Shown: positions 9,303 to 19,555 of the stretch, piece by piece
Layout: each line of letters opens with the position of its first letter
How positions within the stretch are numbered: the stretch's first letter is position 1
Assembly (NCBI GenBank): GCA_038734945.1
Contig: JAVYOA010000002.1
Location: 62,001 to 126,000, forward strand
Origin: Fervidicoccaceae archaeon
GTDB lineage: Archaea > Thermoproteota > Thermoprotei_A > Sulfolobales > Fervidicoccaceae
Length of the DNA: 64,000 bases
Direction of reading: 5' to 3'
Notes under the pieces: model-generated
Seen by the model: the letters and a program-made list of their open reading frames with translations, nothing else
The model's database searches: none
What the model was told of the DNA's origin: nothing
Translations under genes and position numbers: made by a program

Positions 9303-10508
9303 TCAGAAAACATGCGGCAGAAGGATGAAATAGTAGATTATTGTGAAAAATATGACAGATAGTGCTGCTGGTAACATGTATTTGTAGCTACTTGTGACTC
9401 CTCTATTAAAGTAATTTGCGGTGTAAATTAGGCACAGATGGGTTGGAGAAACAGTGTATGAAATATAGCTGCTTGTATATATTAATGAGGCCTCATAAAT
9501 TGATAGAGGATGCATGGACGAGAGGATTGGAGCCATAGTTATTATTCCTGTGATGGGAGAAGATGTTAGAGCAGAAAGAATGCCTGGAAAGACTGTTTCA
9601 AGAACTATTGTTGGAATAGAGCTATTGTTTATGGTAGAGGAAATTGCCTTGGAGGCATCAGTGCTCATTATAGAGTGCTGCAAAAGCATTATCGAGAAGG
9701 AAGAGATTGTAAGAGAGACAACCATCTTGCTCTTCAGTGAGGCTATGAGATCGCGTTTTCCCTGTTTAAGTAGATAGATCAATAGCAGTATTCCTATTGA
9801 AATCCCAATTGGAATCCCAAAATTTCCAATCAGTTGATTCAGTGCGAGAGAGGCTACTATTGCACTCAGCATAGGGGTGCCGCTCCTCCAGAGGCTCACG
9901 GATGATGCATTGCTGCTTTTATAATCACCCTTATAGCCTCTGGTAAAAATGAGTCCATAGATTGCCATGAAGAGAGCAATTGGTATTTGAAGGACTGCCA
10001 ATGCTATGGGACTTATTCCCATCGTAGCCGAAGCGACTATCAAAGTTTGTCCCATAGGATAGAAGAGAAAGAGGAAGTGTCTGAACCATACATTGAGGAA
10101 AATCATGAGCTCGTTGCTCATTCCCAAATTCTCTCCTATTGCTCCCACAATAGGTGCTGACATAAGTGCTCCTCCAGCTATTGGAAGCAAGCCAAGGACT
10201 GAAGGAATAAGAATCAATATTCCTCTTGGGCTTCTTATCTTAGAGGCAAGCGACCTACTGAGCTCAGTTATACCTCCAGATCTTCTATATAGCTCAGCTA
10301 GCAGAGAGATTGTGAGAGATGTTGCCAGAAGAAAAATTGTCCTGCTATCTGTTAGGGTTTCTGCTATTACCCTATAGAAGTTCATTCCAGCAAAATAAGC
10401 CAATAGGATTACAGATCCAGTAAGCAATGCAATGTTGATGTCCTTCCTCATTGCTACCAGCAATATTATGGTTGCAAAGGAAAATGCTATTATCGCTAAT
10501 TCTATCAT
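9303..10508 (-). CDS. DUF401-family membrane protein (putative transporter)
   Basis: GLLPIAGGALMSAP, NVWFRH and SPTHLCL motifs; polytopic. Confidence 0.85.
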   Translation of the reverse strand: MIELAIIAFSFATIILLVAMRKDINIALLTGSVILLAYFAGMNFYRVIAETLTDSRTIFLLATSLTISLLAELYRRSGGITELSRSLASKIRSPRGILILIPSVLGLLPIAGGALMSAPIVGAIGENLGMSNELMIFLNVWFRHFLFLFYPMGQTLIVASATMGISPIALAVLQIPIALFMAIYGLIFTRGYKGDYKSSNASSVSLWRSGTPMLSAIVASLALNQLIGNFGIPIGISIGILLLIYLLKQGKRDLIASLKSKMVVSLTISSFSIMLLQHSIMSTDASKAISSTINNSSIPTIVLETVFPGILSALTSSPITGIITMAPILSSMHPLSIYEASLIYTSSYISYTVSPTHLCLIYTANYFNRGVTSSYKYMLPAALSVIFFTIIYYFILLPHVF

Positions 10509-10583
10509 GATACCTTCATCTTTTACCTTCTAATTAAGAAAAAGAAAAAGGTTGCTGTTGGTTAAAAGCTTTTATGAGAAATC

Positions 10584-11339
10584 ATGGAAGAAGCCTATGA
10601 CCCATTTGAACTTGGGAAAAAAGTTGAAAGTGCAGTTTCAAGGAAAGTGAAAGATAGTGTGCTGAGAAAGTACTACAGATTCAGGGGAGGTTCATGGTAT
10701 GGAGGAATAGCTACAGCAGATGTAATTGGATGCAACCTGAGATGCAGTTTCTGTTGGGGCTGGAGAGAAAGAGAGAGATATGAGTTCATAGGAGAAATGA
10801 TGTCCCCCGAGGATGTTGTCAAGAGGCTATTGAGCATCTCTGAGAAGAGAGGATATGAAAGGATGAGAGTAAGTGGAGGAGAACCTACTCTGGTTTTTGA
10901 GCACTTGGTTCAGGTACTAGATGCTCTGAAAAAAGCATCCTCGAGCTATATTTTTATATTGGAGACAAACGGCCTCCTTCTGGGAAGGTTTCCTGAGTAT
11001 GCTTCACTTCTCTCTCAATATTCATTTCTACATGTTAGGGTTTCAATAAAAGGATGCAATGATGAAGATTTTGAAGTTTTAACTGGAGCAAGAAGGGATT
11101 TCTTTCGATATCAGCTTCAGGCTCTGAAGAATCTCAGGGATTCGAATGTGAGCGTCCATCCAGCAATCATGATCAGCTTCAGCAAAAAAGAAGAATGTGA
11201 AAGGCTAAAGGATTTAATATATGAGATAGATGAAGCTTTTATTGGCAACATAGAAGAGGAAATTGTGATCCTCTATCCACATGTGAGAGAGTTGCTTAGA
11301 GTAAAAGGTCTCAGGCCAAGGATCTACACTGAACCATAA
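10584..11339 (+). CDS. Radical SAM protein (small archaeal COG5014-like family)
   Basis: RKYYRFRGGSWYGGIATADVIGCNLRCSFCW (CxxxCxxC), SGGEP, LETNG. Confidence 0.88.
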   Translation: MEEAYDPFELGKKVESAVSRKVKDSVLRKYYRFRGGSWYGGIATADVIGCNLRCSFCWGWRERERYEFIGEMMSPEDVVKRLLSISEKRGYERMRVSGGEPTLVFEHLVQVLDALKKASSSYIFILETNGLLLGRFPEYASLLSQYSFLHVRVSIKGCNDEDFEVLTGARRDFFRYQLQALKNLRDSNVSVHPAIMISFSKKEECERLKDLIYEIDEAFIGNIEEEIVILYPHVRELLRVKGLRPRIYTEP

Positions 11340-11545
11340 ATGAAGATTCCGTGAATAGATTAAGAAATGCTAATTAGATTGGGGAACATTGGCTTGATAT
11401 CAAGAAACAACTAATAAATTTCTGCTTGTGATTGAAATCCTTTGAAGAGAGGACGAGAAGTGCTTTAGTTTTTTTGAAAAGCTCGAGGATAAAATCTTTA
11501 TTTTCCTGAAAAAGAATTATGATTGCGAGCATCTCTCGTAATTGG

Positions 11546-11630
11546 GCGGGGGTGCCCGAGCATGGTCAAAGGGGTCGGATTCAGGCTCCGATGGAGGAGT
11601 CCTGCGTGGGTTCAAATCCCACCCCCCGCA
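11546..11630 (+). tRNA. tRNA-Leu(CAG)
   Basis: GCGGGGG/CCCCCGC acceptor stem, anticodon arm TCGGA-TTCAGGC-TCCGA, long variable arm, GGTTCAAATCC T loop, discriminator A; no intron, no encoded CCA. Confidence 0.97.
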
Positions 11631-11749
11631 CTCCTAAGAAATTGAGAGAATGTATGCAGCCGGGAAGCAGAGTCAAGATGTGCTTGGAGAATTTATATGT
11701 TGAAATGGCTTGAGAGCTGTGTTTTCTTAAAAGAGAAAGCTTGTTTTTA

Positions 11750-12682
11750 TCATTTCTTCAAAAATTTCTCTATTTCAGCTCTTGTTGGAGATGATGACGA
11801 ACCTGAGTGAAGGGATTTCAAGCTTCCAGCGGCAACTGCTAGCTCTAGACAGTCTCCCAGTCTTCCTCTTTCGATATAGCACCCATTGAAGACAGCATCA
11901 AATGCGTCTCCTGCTCCAGTGGTATCTACAGGTTTAATAATAGGGGCTTCTCTTGAAAAGGATTCTCCAGCAGTTATTACGGAGCCGCCTCTTGAGCCCT
12001 TCTTCAGGACCAATATAAAATTCTCCCTTTCAATTTTTTCTCTCAAGTAATTTTCTGTATTTGTTCCTATTACGCGCTTTGCCTCCTTTTCATTTAGAAA
12101 AACTATATCTGCTAATTCCATTGTTTTTCTTATTTCCTCTTCGTTCCCCAAAGTTTCTGTTCCTGGATCATATGATATTACCATTTTCTCCCTCTGGATT
12201 CCCAGAAGGTCTAGGGTATGTTTGAACAATTTGGGAGAGACGCTAGCAAAATGGACCACGTTGGGGATTGGCTCTGCCAATATGCCTTTCGCTGCTACTG
12301 CTGGAGAGAGAGATGAATTTGCTCCCCTGTAAGTTATAAGCCTTCTTTGCTCCCCTTCTACATTTATTATGGTAGAAAAGCCTGGAAGCTCATCCCTCAT
12401 GAGAAAAATTGAGGAGATGTCGACCCCCTCAGATCTGAGCTCTTCCTGAAAACCTAGGTCAAAAAATAGCTTACCTGCTACACCGACTAGCCTCGAATGA
12501 TGCCCAAATCTAGCTGCTGCAACAGAATAATTAAGCGCCCCTCCTCCCTTGCCTAGAGAAAAAGAATTAGCCTTGATAGCGTCATCTGGATCAGGCAACT
12601 TGCTCAGATGAATTGTGAGATCAATATTGATGTTTCCAACAGCAGCATGCAGGAAGTCTTTTCTTCCATTCATATATCTCAC
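11750..12682 (-). CDS. PfkB/ribokinase-family carbohydrate or nucleoside kinase
   Basis: GGGALNYSVAAARFG, FLNEKEA, DTTGAGDAF signatures. Confidence 0.92.
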   Translation of the reverse strand: MRYMNGRKDFLHAAVGNINIDLTIHLSKLPDPDDAIKANSFSLGKGGGALNYSVAAARFGHHSRLVGVAGKLFFDLGFQEELRSEGVDISSIFLMRDELPGFSTIINVEGEQRRLITYRGANSSLSPAVAAKGILAEPIPNVVHFASVSPKLFKHTLDLLGIQREKMVISYDPGTETLGNEEEIRKTMELADIVFLNEKEAKRVIGTNTENYLREKIERENFILVLKKGSRGGSVITAGESFSREAPIIKPVDTTGAGDAFDAVFNGCYIERGRLGDCLELAVAAGSLKSLHSGSSSSPTRAEIEKFLKK

Positions 12683-13518
12683 TTCAGTATTGATGGAAAG
12701 AACATTCTCTTTCCCTTTTGCTTCTTAATTTCATCCCATTCGCTGAGAATCTTAATAGCTTCGTTAGCGACTCTTATGGCACTGTCGATTCCTTTTCCGG
12801 GAGTAAATTCATTCGTTGCCCTCTGCGCAATAGCAGCACAGACAGCTCCTCCTCTTGCTCCATAGATGTTAGAAAGCGTCAAGATTGTTGAGGATTCCAT
12901 TTCGAAGTTCAAAACATTTGCCATTCTCATATCTTCAATTATGTTTTTAGCAAAGGAGGGGAAATATCCTTTATAGCCTGGCCTGCTCTGTCCGAGATAA
13001 AAGCTGTCTGTTGAAGCTGTAATCCCCACCCAGTATTTGATCCCTAGAGCTTCAGCAGCCTCCACTAAGGCTAGGACTACTTCTGGGCTGGCTGATGCTG
13101 GATATTCAGGTATTACATATTGCTTGCTGGTCCCTTCGAGCCTCACAGCAGCTGTTGTGATAATTAGATCTCCTGTCTCAATATAAGGTTGGATTGCTCC
13201 TGTTGTGCCAACTCTTATGAATGTATCAGCACCAACTCTCAATAGCTCTTCCACGGCAATAGCTGTGCTAGGAGCTCCTATTCCAGTTGATGTAACGGAA
13301 ATCTGTATGCCTTTATACTTTCCCGTGTATGTTGTATATTCTCTGTGTCTAGCTATCAATCTGCTCTCATCCCATGTTTGAGCAATCTTGTCAGCTCTAG
13401 CAGGGTCTCCTGGGAGAAGAACATATCTTGAGATCTCACCTGGGGCGACAGATATGTGATACATCCTGTTACTAACCGTTGGAGAATCAGCTCTCCCTCC
13501 GCTCAAGCGCATCACCAT
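12679..13518 (-). CDS. udp: Uridine phosphorylase
   Basis: YVLLPGDPARA, HREY, STGIGAPS, IRVGTTG, SFYLGQSR, NFEMES. Confidence 0.9.
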   Translation of the reverse strand: MVMRLSGGRADSPTVSNRMYHISVAPGEISRYVLLPGDPARADKIAQTWDESRLIARHREYTTYTGKYKGIQISVTSTGIGAPSTAIAVEELLRVGADTFIRVGTTGAIQPYIETGDLIITTAAVRLEGTSKQYVIPEYPASASPEVVLALVEAAEALGIKYWVGITASTDSFYLGQSRPGYKGYFPSFAKNIIEDMRMANVLNFEMESSTILTLSNIYGARGGAVCAAIAQRATNEFTPGKGIDSAIRVANEAIKILSEWDEIKKQKGKRMFFPSILK

Positions 13519-13820
13519 TAAGGCTGTAATTTTACATAACTTTTCTTAAAAGAGTTTTCATCCTCGTAGTAAACAACTACCTCTTTGATTACCTCCCTAG
13601 GCAGCTTTGTGTAATATCTAATTGATTGACCGGAATGAAGCTCAATTTTCTTGTCAACGGATTCGGTAATCAATCTTCTACCGCTCCTATCTTCCTCATT
13701 TTTCTTGAGGGGGGAGGTATAGATGTAGTAAGTGAACTCTATTTTCCATATAGTAACAGGTTTGTCCCCGCTATTTGTTAGATTGAGAAAGCCCTTATCA
13801 TCAACCTCTATTACTATCAA
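13518..13820 (-). CDS. Hypothetical protein (beta-rich, 100 aa)
   Basis: ORF overlapping the udp start by 1 nt; GAGGT RBS upstream. Confidence 0.7.
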   Translation of the reverse strand: MIVIEVDDKGFLNLTNSGDKPVTIWKIEFTYYIYTSPLKKNEEDRSGRRLITESVDKKIELHSGQSIRYYTKLPREVIKEVVVYYEDENSFKKSYVKLQP

Positions 13821-13887
13821 TGATCATTACCTCGCTCCAACCGGAAAACTCTTTATAATATGTTTATTGGGCATGGTTCTTATAAAT

Positions 13888-15393
13888 TTAGGGAAAGACT
13901 TTCAGGAGCATTGTTCCAATTTCCATTTCCTTAACACTATTCGCAAAAGCGAGAGCATCGGATAGCCTCTTTGAGGATGAGGAGTAGATAGTGTAAAGGG
14001 GATCCCCTGCCCTAACTCTGTTCCCTATTTTCACGTAGAGTTTCACACCAGCGGATTTATCAAGGGGAGCACCAGCAAGCCTCGCAATTATTGTGAAGGC
14101 GCGGTTATCTATGAAAGTCACCGCTCCGCTTTTCTTTGAATAAATTGTTTCTTTGTAATCTCCAAGAGGTATATCTTCGGGTTTTTTGTTCGGATCCCCA
14201 CCCTGGCACTCAACGATCTTCTTGAAAGCTTCATATGACTTTCCAGATACAAAAGCTTCCCTAGCATAGCTCTCTCCCTCACCGACATTGGCTTTTCCCG
14301 CAAGCTCGTAAATTGCTCCTGCTATATGCATAGCTTTATCCATTAGACTGGGAGATGCCTCTCTCTTTATTAAAGCTGTTAGAGCTTCCATAGCTTCGAG
14401 ATTTGGACCAATTGTATATCCAATAGGCTCTCCTCCAAAAGTAATCAGAGCCTTCACATTCATGTTGAATTTTCCTCCTTGACGAACAAAAATGGAAGCA
14501 AGATTTTCAGCCTCCCTCTCTGTTTGAAGCTTAGCTCCATTTCCCACTGGAAGGTCTACAACGAGTCCCGTTATTCCCAGAGAGACTTTCTTTGAGAGGA
14601 TGCTGGCAACAACCTGGGAAGGAGGATCAAGGAGGAGCCTTCTCTCAACCCTAACCATTATATCATCAGCTGGGGCCAAATTTAGCTGTCCAGTCCAAGC
14701 AATAGTTCCACCAGCTTTTTCCAGAGCCCTTTTTATTTCCTCCGTAGTGAGTGTGACGTTCGCAAGTGCTTCCATAGTATCTGCTGTACCGCTCGGAGAA
14801 GTGATTGCCCTGCTGCTTGTTTTTGGAACTTTGAGGCCAAGGGAAACTGCTGTTGGAACTGCCAACATGGCTACTTTGCTGTTCCCCGGGACACCCCCTA
14901 TGCTGTGTTCGTCATACACAGGAAAGGGAAAGGTAATGCTGCTCCCTGTTTCCACCATAGCCCTTATGAGCTCATATGTTTCATCATCATCCATTCCAAC
15001 AGTTGATTGGAGCGTCACAAATTCGGCTATCGCTGAATCGTCGAGCACTCCAGTTACCATGTCGAATATGAGCTTTCTGATTTCGGCAGCTTCGAGCTTC
15101 TTTCCGTTCATCTTTCTTTGGAGAATTGAGATGCTTTCCGATGCGTTAACCCCTTCTACAAGAACCTCTTCTCCATCCCCCAACTTGAGGATTTTAGCTG
15201 TTTCCCTAGGTATCCCTATCTCTCCTCTTGCTACAAGCTCCGAAGTTATCATTGGAGAGAATGCCATTATGGCTGCTCCATTCTGCTTTATGAGCAATCT
15301 AGATTCAATATCAATGCCGAGAGATTTAGCATCCTCTTGATGAATCAGAGCAACATTGCTAACAAATGAGAGATCCACTAGTCTGATTCTCAT
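13888..15393 (-). CDS. AMP phosphorylase (thymidine phosphorylase family, archaeal type)
   Basis: HSIGGVPGNSK, KTSSRAITSPSGTADTME, N-terminal extra domain, AGAPLDKSAG; 501 aa. Confidence 0.93.
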   Translation of the reverse strand: MRIRLVDLSFVSNVALIHQEDAKSLGIDIESRLLIKQNGAAIMAFSPMITSELVARGEIGIPRETAKILKLGDGEEVLVEGVNASESISILQRKMNGKKLEAAEIRKLIFDMVTGVLDDSAIAEFVTLQSTVGMDDDETYELIRAMVETGSSITFPFPVYDEHSIGGVPGNSKVAMLAVPTAVSLGLKVPKTSSRAITSPSGTADTMEALANVTLTTEEIKRALEKAGGTIAWTGQLNLAPADDIMVRVERRLLLDPPSQVVASILSKKVSLGITGLVVDLPVGNGAKLQTEREAENLASIFVRQGGKFNMNVKALITFGGEPIGYTIGPNLEAMEALTALIKREASPSLMDKAMHIAGAIYELAGKANVGEGESYAREAFVSGKSYEAFKKIVECQGGDPNKKPEDIPLGDYKETIYSKKSGAVTFIDNRAFTIIARLAGAPLDKSAGVKLYVKIGNRVRAGDPLYTIYSSSSKRLSDALAFANSVKEMEIGTMLLKVFP

Positions 15394-15434
15394 TTTTCTC
15401 AGCCCTAAGGGGTAGTATTTTGAAATATTAACAA

Positions 15435-15995
15435 TTATAAAAGGTTTTCTCCTGCTTTTTCACTGAGTTCAGCAATGGCAATTTTAAGAGCTCTATTAAG
15501 AGCCTCAAGAGGCTCTCTGCCCTCTTCAACTATCAGCCTGTGGAGAATGCTATAGTGCTTTTTCAGCTCCTCCATGTAGATTTCTGCTTCGTTTTTATCG
15601 ATTTGCCTATCTCCATCTCTATTTACACCGGGACATTCTTCGTCTATAGCAACCTTGTCCAACGAGAGCTTGAACAGAATCACAGGATAAAGCCTGCACT
15701 TCATTGGACGGCTATCATATACCTTGCAAAAAGTTTTTTCATTTCTGTCGAATCCTAAAAAGACGCATCTTCCCTTTGCATCCCCCTGGAGAAGCATGAC
15801 AGGCATCATATCAGCGACAATAACTTTCACATATGTTCTCAAAAAGTCCTCAATATTCACGTCAACTTTCTTTGCTAACCTAACAGCATCATAGATTGTT
15901 AACGAAACATTTGGACCTGTCCCGCAGCAGAGATCGCAGCGAATGCATTCAAACTTGATTTTTTCTCCAATTCCTACTATCCTTAGCTTACCCAA
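15435..15995 (-). CDS. YkgJ-family (CxxCxxCC) cysteine-cluster protein
   Basis: FECIRCDLCC, CVFL, CKVYDSRPMKCRLYP, CPG. Confidence 0.9.
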   Translation of the reverse strand: MGKLRIVGIGEKIKFECIRCDLCCGTGPNVSLTIYDAVRLAKKVDVNIEDFLRTYVKVIVADMMPVMLLQGDAKGRCVFLGFDRNEKTFCKVYDSRPMKCRLYPVILFKLSLDKVAIDEECPGVNRDGDRQIDKNEAEIYMEELKKHYSILHRLIVEEGREPLEALNRALKIAIAELSEKAGENLL

Positions 15996-16056
15996 ATGTT
16001 CTCTTCATCTCCAAGAGAGAGAAAGAAGAAAGGGGAATATAAAAGATGAGAAGCAT

Positions 16057-16344
16057 TCAATGGAGGGGCATTTCCCTTGCTACCCTCAGTATCAAAGGCA
16101 AGATTAGCTCTGATTCCTCCCACTTTCTCGCTCCGTATTCCCTATTTTTCTCATAGAGAGCTTCAGCATTGGCTCCTATGAATTTTAGGACAGAAAGAAC
16201 AACAGCATCGGAATCAATGTTTGGCACCTCACTGTAAACAGCATCAAGAAGGCGAAGTGCCTTCTCCTCTGCTTCTCTATCTAAGTTCAATTTTCTCAGT
16301 TCATCTATTAGCTTTGATCTTGCCTCGATGTTATAAAAGCACAT
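16057..16344 (-). CDS. Hypothetical helical protein (possible single cyclin/TFIIB-like repeat)
   Basis: 95-aa ORF; LNLDREAEEKALRLL...DAVVLSVL pattern. Confidence 0.6.
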   Translation of the reverse strand: MCFYNIEARSKLIDELRKLNLDREAEEKALRLLDAVYSEVPNIDSDAVVLSVLKFIGANAEALYEKNREYGARKWEESELILPLILRVAREMPLH

Positions 16345-16509
16345 TTTGATAACCTAATGATCGATCGGAAAAATGTGTTAAGAATATATTGGCTGAATTG
16401 AAGAAAAATAAAGAGAAAAAGGATAATACTCCCGTCGGTAGAAAAAAGGAGAACTTTAAAAAATGAGCTTTCTCTGATTTCTGTAAATAGAGCTTTTGGG
16501 GAATACTCA

Positions 16510-19134
16510 ATGCTTTCAGGCAATAAGGAGAAGAATGCAGTACTCTCTATGCTGCAGTCTTACACAGCAGAATGGGTAAAGGAAGTATTCGGTGAGCTCA
16601 CAGAGCCGCAGGTTAAGGCCATACCCCTTATAAAAAGTGGAATGAATGTCTTAATATCAAGTCCGACAGGAACTGGAAAAACGCTAGCAGCATTTCTCGG
16701 CCTGATTGATGATTTATTTAGGGCTGCCCAAGAAGGTAAGCTGGAAGAAAAAATCTACGCCGTTTATGTTTCCCCTCTCAGAGCACTGAACAATGATATA
16801 AAGAGAAATCTGATGGAGCCGATTGAAGGAATTAAAAAAATAGCAAAGGAAAAGTTTGGGATAAATCTGCCTGATCTGAGAGTTTCCGTGCGGACGGGTG
16901 ATACAACACAGAGCGAGAGACAGGCAATGCTGAAGAAACCCCCCCACTTTTTGATTACAACTCCAGAATCGCTTTCCTTGGTTCTCGTTTCTCCAAAGTT
17001 CAGAGAAAAGCTCAGAGGAATAAGATGGATAATTGTAGATGAAATTCATGAGATGGCAACATCGAAGAGGGGATCTAGTCTATCTTTAATGCTAGAGAGG
17101 CTCGAATGGCTAGCTGCTAGGCCAGTACAGCGAATAGGACTAAGTGCTACAATAGCTCCTCTGACTGAAGTAGCTAGGTTTCTAGGAGGCTACAATGATG
17201 ATGGCTCACCCAGACCTGTGAAGATAGTGGATGCAAGATTTAGAAAGCCATTTGATATAAAGGTAATAGTTCCCGTGAAAAATCTAATTAGAGCATCTGC
17301 TGAGGAGCTCAATGATGCCATTTATGCGAAGATAGCAGAGCTCATAACACAGCATAGGACAACCTTGGTTTTCACTAACACGAGAAGCGCCACGGAGAGA
17401 GTTGTCTACAAGTTGAAAGCAATCATGAGCAACAGCTCAATGATAAGCATGGATGATATTGAAGCTCACCACAGCAGCTTGAGCAGAAACATAAGATTGG
17501 ATGTAGAGGAAAAGCTGAAGAAAGGAGAGCTGAAAGTTGTCGTTTCTTCAACATCGCTCGAGATGGGCATAGACATCGGATATATAGATCTTGTTTTGAT
17601 GCTGAGCAGCCCCAAAAGCGTCAGCAGGCTTCTGCAGAGGGTTGGCAGAGCTGGACATAGGCTCACAAATGTGAGCAAGGGAAGGATCATCGTTGTTGAT
17701 AGAGATGATCTTGTGGAGTGCACGGTGTTGGCAAAGGCAGCGAAGGATAGAAAGATCGATAGGGCCTCGATACCTATTAAGCCTTTGGATGTTCTCGCTC
17801 AGAACATCGTTGCCATGAGCCTTGAGAGCAGGTGGAAAGTAGAAGATGCATATAGGTTAGTCAAGAGAGCCTATCCTTATCATGATCTCACGGAGGAGGA
17901 GTTCAGAGCAGTTTTGAATTATCTTGGAGGAGAGGAGAAAAGGCTCGAGGAGAACAATGTCTATAGAAAAATTTGGTACGATCCAAATGAGGGAGAATTT
18001 GGAAGAAAGAAAGGGGCAAGGATGATATACTATTTGAATCAGGGAACAATTCCAGATGAAGCGAAAATGAGGGTCTACCTGAAGGGAAAATTCTACATAG
18101 GAGATCTAGATGAGGGTTTTGTTCAGATTCTCTCTCCAGGTGATGTATTTGTTCTAGGAGGAAAAACTTACAAATTCAAGAAGATGAAAGGAAACAGAAT
18201 TTATGTTGAGGATGCCAAAGGAGAGAGACCTACAGTTCCTTCTTGGTACAGTGAAATGCTTCCTCTCGCTTTTGATTCTGCCCTACTTGTTGGCGAATTT
18301 AGGAGAAGGGTTGCTGAAGCCCTTGAGAAAAATGGAATGGATGTGGAGAGAGCAGCAGCACTTGTCTCTGAGGAAATGGATGTGGACCTGGATGCAGCGA
18401 GGGATATAGTGGAATATATAAAGGAGCAATATCTGTTCACAGGAGGAATAATAGCAAGCGATAAAACCATTCACTTGGAAATATATGATGATGAGAGGGG
18501 GAGAAATTTAATTTTTCATACCTTATTTGGTAGGAGAACAAACGATGCGCTTTCTAGAGCATATGCATTTGTGCTTTCCGAGATGCTAAGGGTTCCTGTG
18601 AGAGTAACTGTTAGTGATAACGCATTTATGCTCTCTATTGCGGAAAAGGCTGATGTGGATTTTGACAAGCTATTGGGCAGCGTAGATTCAGAAAACATTG
18701 AGGAGATCTTGAAGAGAGCCCTATCCAATACCGAGCTTCTGAAAAGGAGATTCAGGCATTGTGCACAGAGGGCTCTCATGATATTGAGAAACTACAAAGG
18801 ATGGGAGAGATCTCCTCATAGAATGCAGCTGAGCGCTCAGACAATACTGGAGGCTATAAAGAATGATCATTCTAATGTGGTCTTGAGAGAGGCTTACAGA
18901 GAAGTGATGGAGGACTACATGGATGTCAGGTCTGCAAAGCTCATAGTGGAGAGGATTAGGAAAGGAGATATTGAAGTTAAGATAACTGGGCCAAGTGATT
19001 TGCCGAGCCCGTTTTCCCACCATATAATAGCTATTGGCTATCAGGATATAGTGCTCATGGAAGATAGGAGAAAGCTGCTTCTGAGTCTTCACGAAAGAGT
19101 CGTTAGAAAGCTCAAGGAAAGAGGAATTATGTAG
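16510..19134 (+). CDS. lhr: Lhr-family ATP-dependent helicase (SF2, DEIH)
   Basis: SPTGTGKT, SPLRALNND, RTGDT, DEIH, LSAT, HHSSLS, QRVGRAGH, GTIPDE, PTVPSW. Confidence 0.95.
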   Translation: MLSGNKEKNAVLSMLQSYTAEWVKEVFGELTEPQVKAIPLIKSGMNVLISSPTGTGKTLAAFLGLIDDLFRAAQEGKLEEKIYAVYVSPLRALNNDIKRNLMEPIEGIKKIAKEKFGINLPDLRVSVRTGDTTQSERQAMLKKPPHFLITTPESLSLVLVSPKFREKLRGIRWIIVDEIHEMATSKRGSSLSLMLERLEWLAARPVQRIGLSATIAPLTEVARFLGGYNDDGSPRPVKIVDARFRKPFDIKVIVPVKNLIRASAEELNDAIYAKIAELITQHRTTLVFTNTRSATERVVYKLKAIMSNSSMISMDDIEAHHSSLSRNIRLDVEEKLKKGELKVVVSSTSLEMGIDIGYIDLVLMLSSPKSVSRLLQRVGRAGHRLTNVSKGRIIVVDRDDLVECTVLAKAAKDRKIDRASIPIKPLDVLAQNIVAMSLESRWKVEDAYRLVKRAYPYHDLTEEEFRAVLNYLGGEEKRLEENNVYRKIWYDPNEGEFGRKKGARMIYYLNQGTIPDEAKMRVYLKGKFYIGDLDEGFVQILSPGDVFVLGGKTYKFKKMKGNRIYVEDAKGERPTVPSWYSEMLPLAFDSALLVGEFRRRVAEALEKNGMDVERAAALVSEEMDVDLDAARDIVEYIKEQYLFTGGIIASDKTIHLEIYDDERGRNLIFHTLFGRRTNDALSRAYAFVLSEMLRVPVRVTVSDNAFMLSIAEKADVDFDKLLGSVDSENIEEILKRALSNTELLKRRFRHCAQRALMILRNYKGWERSPHRMQLSAQTILEAIKNDHSNVVLREAYREVMEDYMDVRSAKLIVERIRKGDIEVKITGPSDLPSPFSHHIIAIGYQDIVLMEDRRKLLLSLHERVVRKLKERGIM

Positions 19135-19555
19135 CCTTTTCTTCTGAGCTTGTCCTTTCCTCTGCATGAGGAGACTTGGAGGATGCCCCCATTTTTCCTA
19201 TGCTAACTTCCAATATAGACAGCAAATAGCCTAAGAAAGAGCCGAGGAGAAATGTGTAGAGAAGAAAGTATGAATTGTTGTAGTAGTTGTAGAGAAGTGA
19301 TGCAATTATTCCAGCTCCAACATATGAGGCTACGAAGACAAACGAGGCGAAAAATACCCTGGAAAGCCAGCTGAGAAGCATTACGGCAATTGTTGCCAGT
19401 ATCAAGCTTGAAGTCTCGGAAATCCTTCCGCTGGTGATCTGCTTGATGAGAAATATGAATGTAGAGTATACTAATCCTAGCAGAGCTCCTCCTGCAAAGT
19501 CGCCTCCTTTTTCAGTGAGTATTTCCCTTCTTTTTTCAAGCACATCTTCAGTCAA
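19127..19555 (-). CDS. Hypothetical membrane protein
   Basis: About four hydrophobic helices; convergent overlap with lhr. Confidence 0.65.
   Translation of the reverse strand: MTEDVLEKRREILTEKGGDFAGGALLGLVYSTFIFLIKQITSGRISETSSLILATIAVMLLSWLSRVFFASFVFVASYVGAGIIASLLYNYYNNSYFLLYTFLLGSFLGYLLSILEVSIGKMGASSKSPHAEERTSSEEKAT

Noticed and set aside
11519..11713. 64-aa ORF in the track
   Set aside because: Spans tRNA-Leu(CAG); spurious
14600..15340. 246-aa plus-strand ORF, and many similar Ser/Ile-rich antisense ORFs across the window
   Set aside because: Antisense shadows of well-supported genes, explained by codon bias
17193..17240. C/D-like boxes ATGATGA...CAGA...GTGAAGA inside lhr
   Set aside because: Within conserved coding sequence, short guides, no CTGA D box
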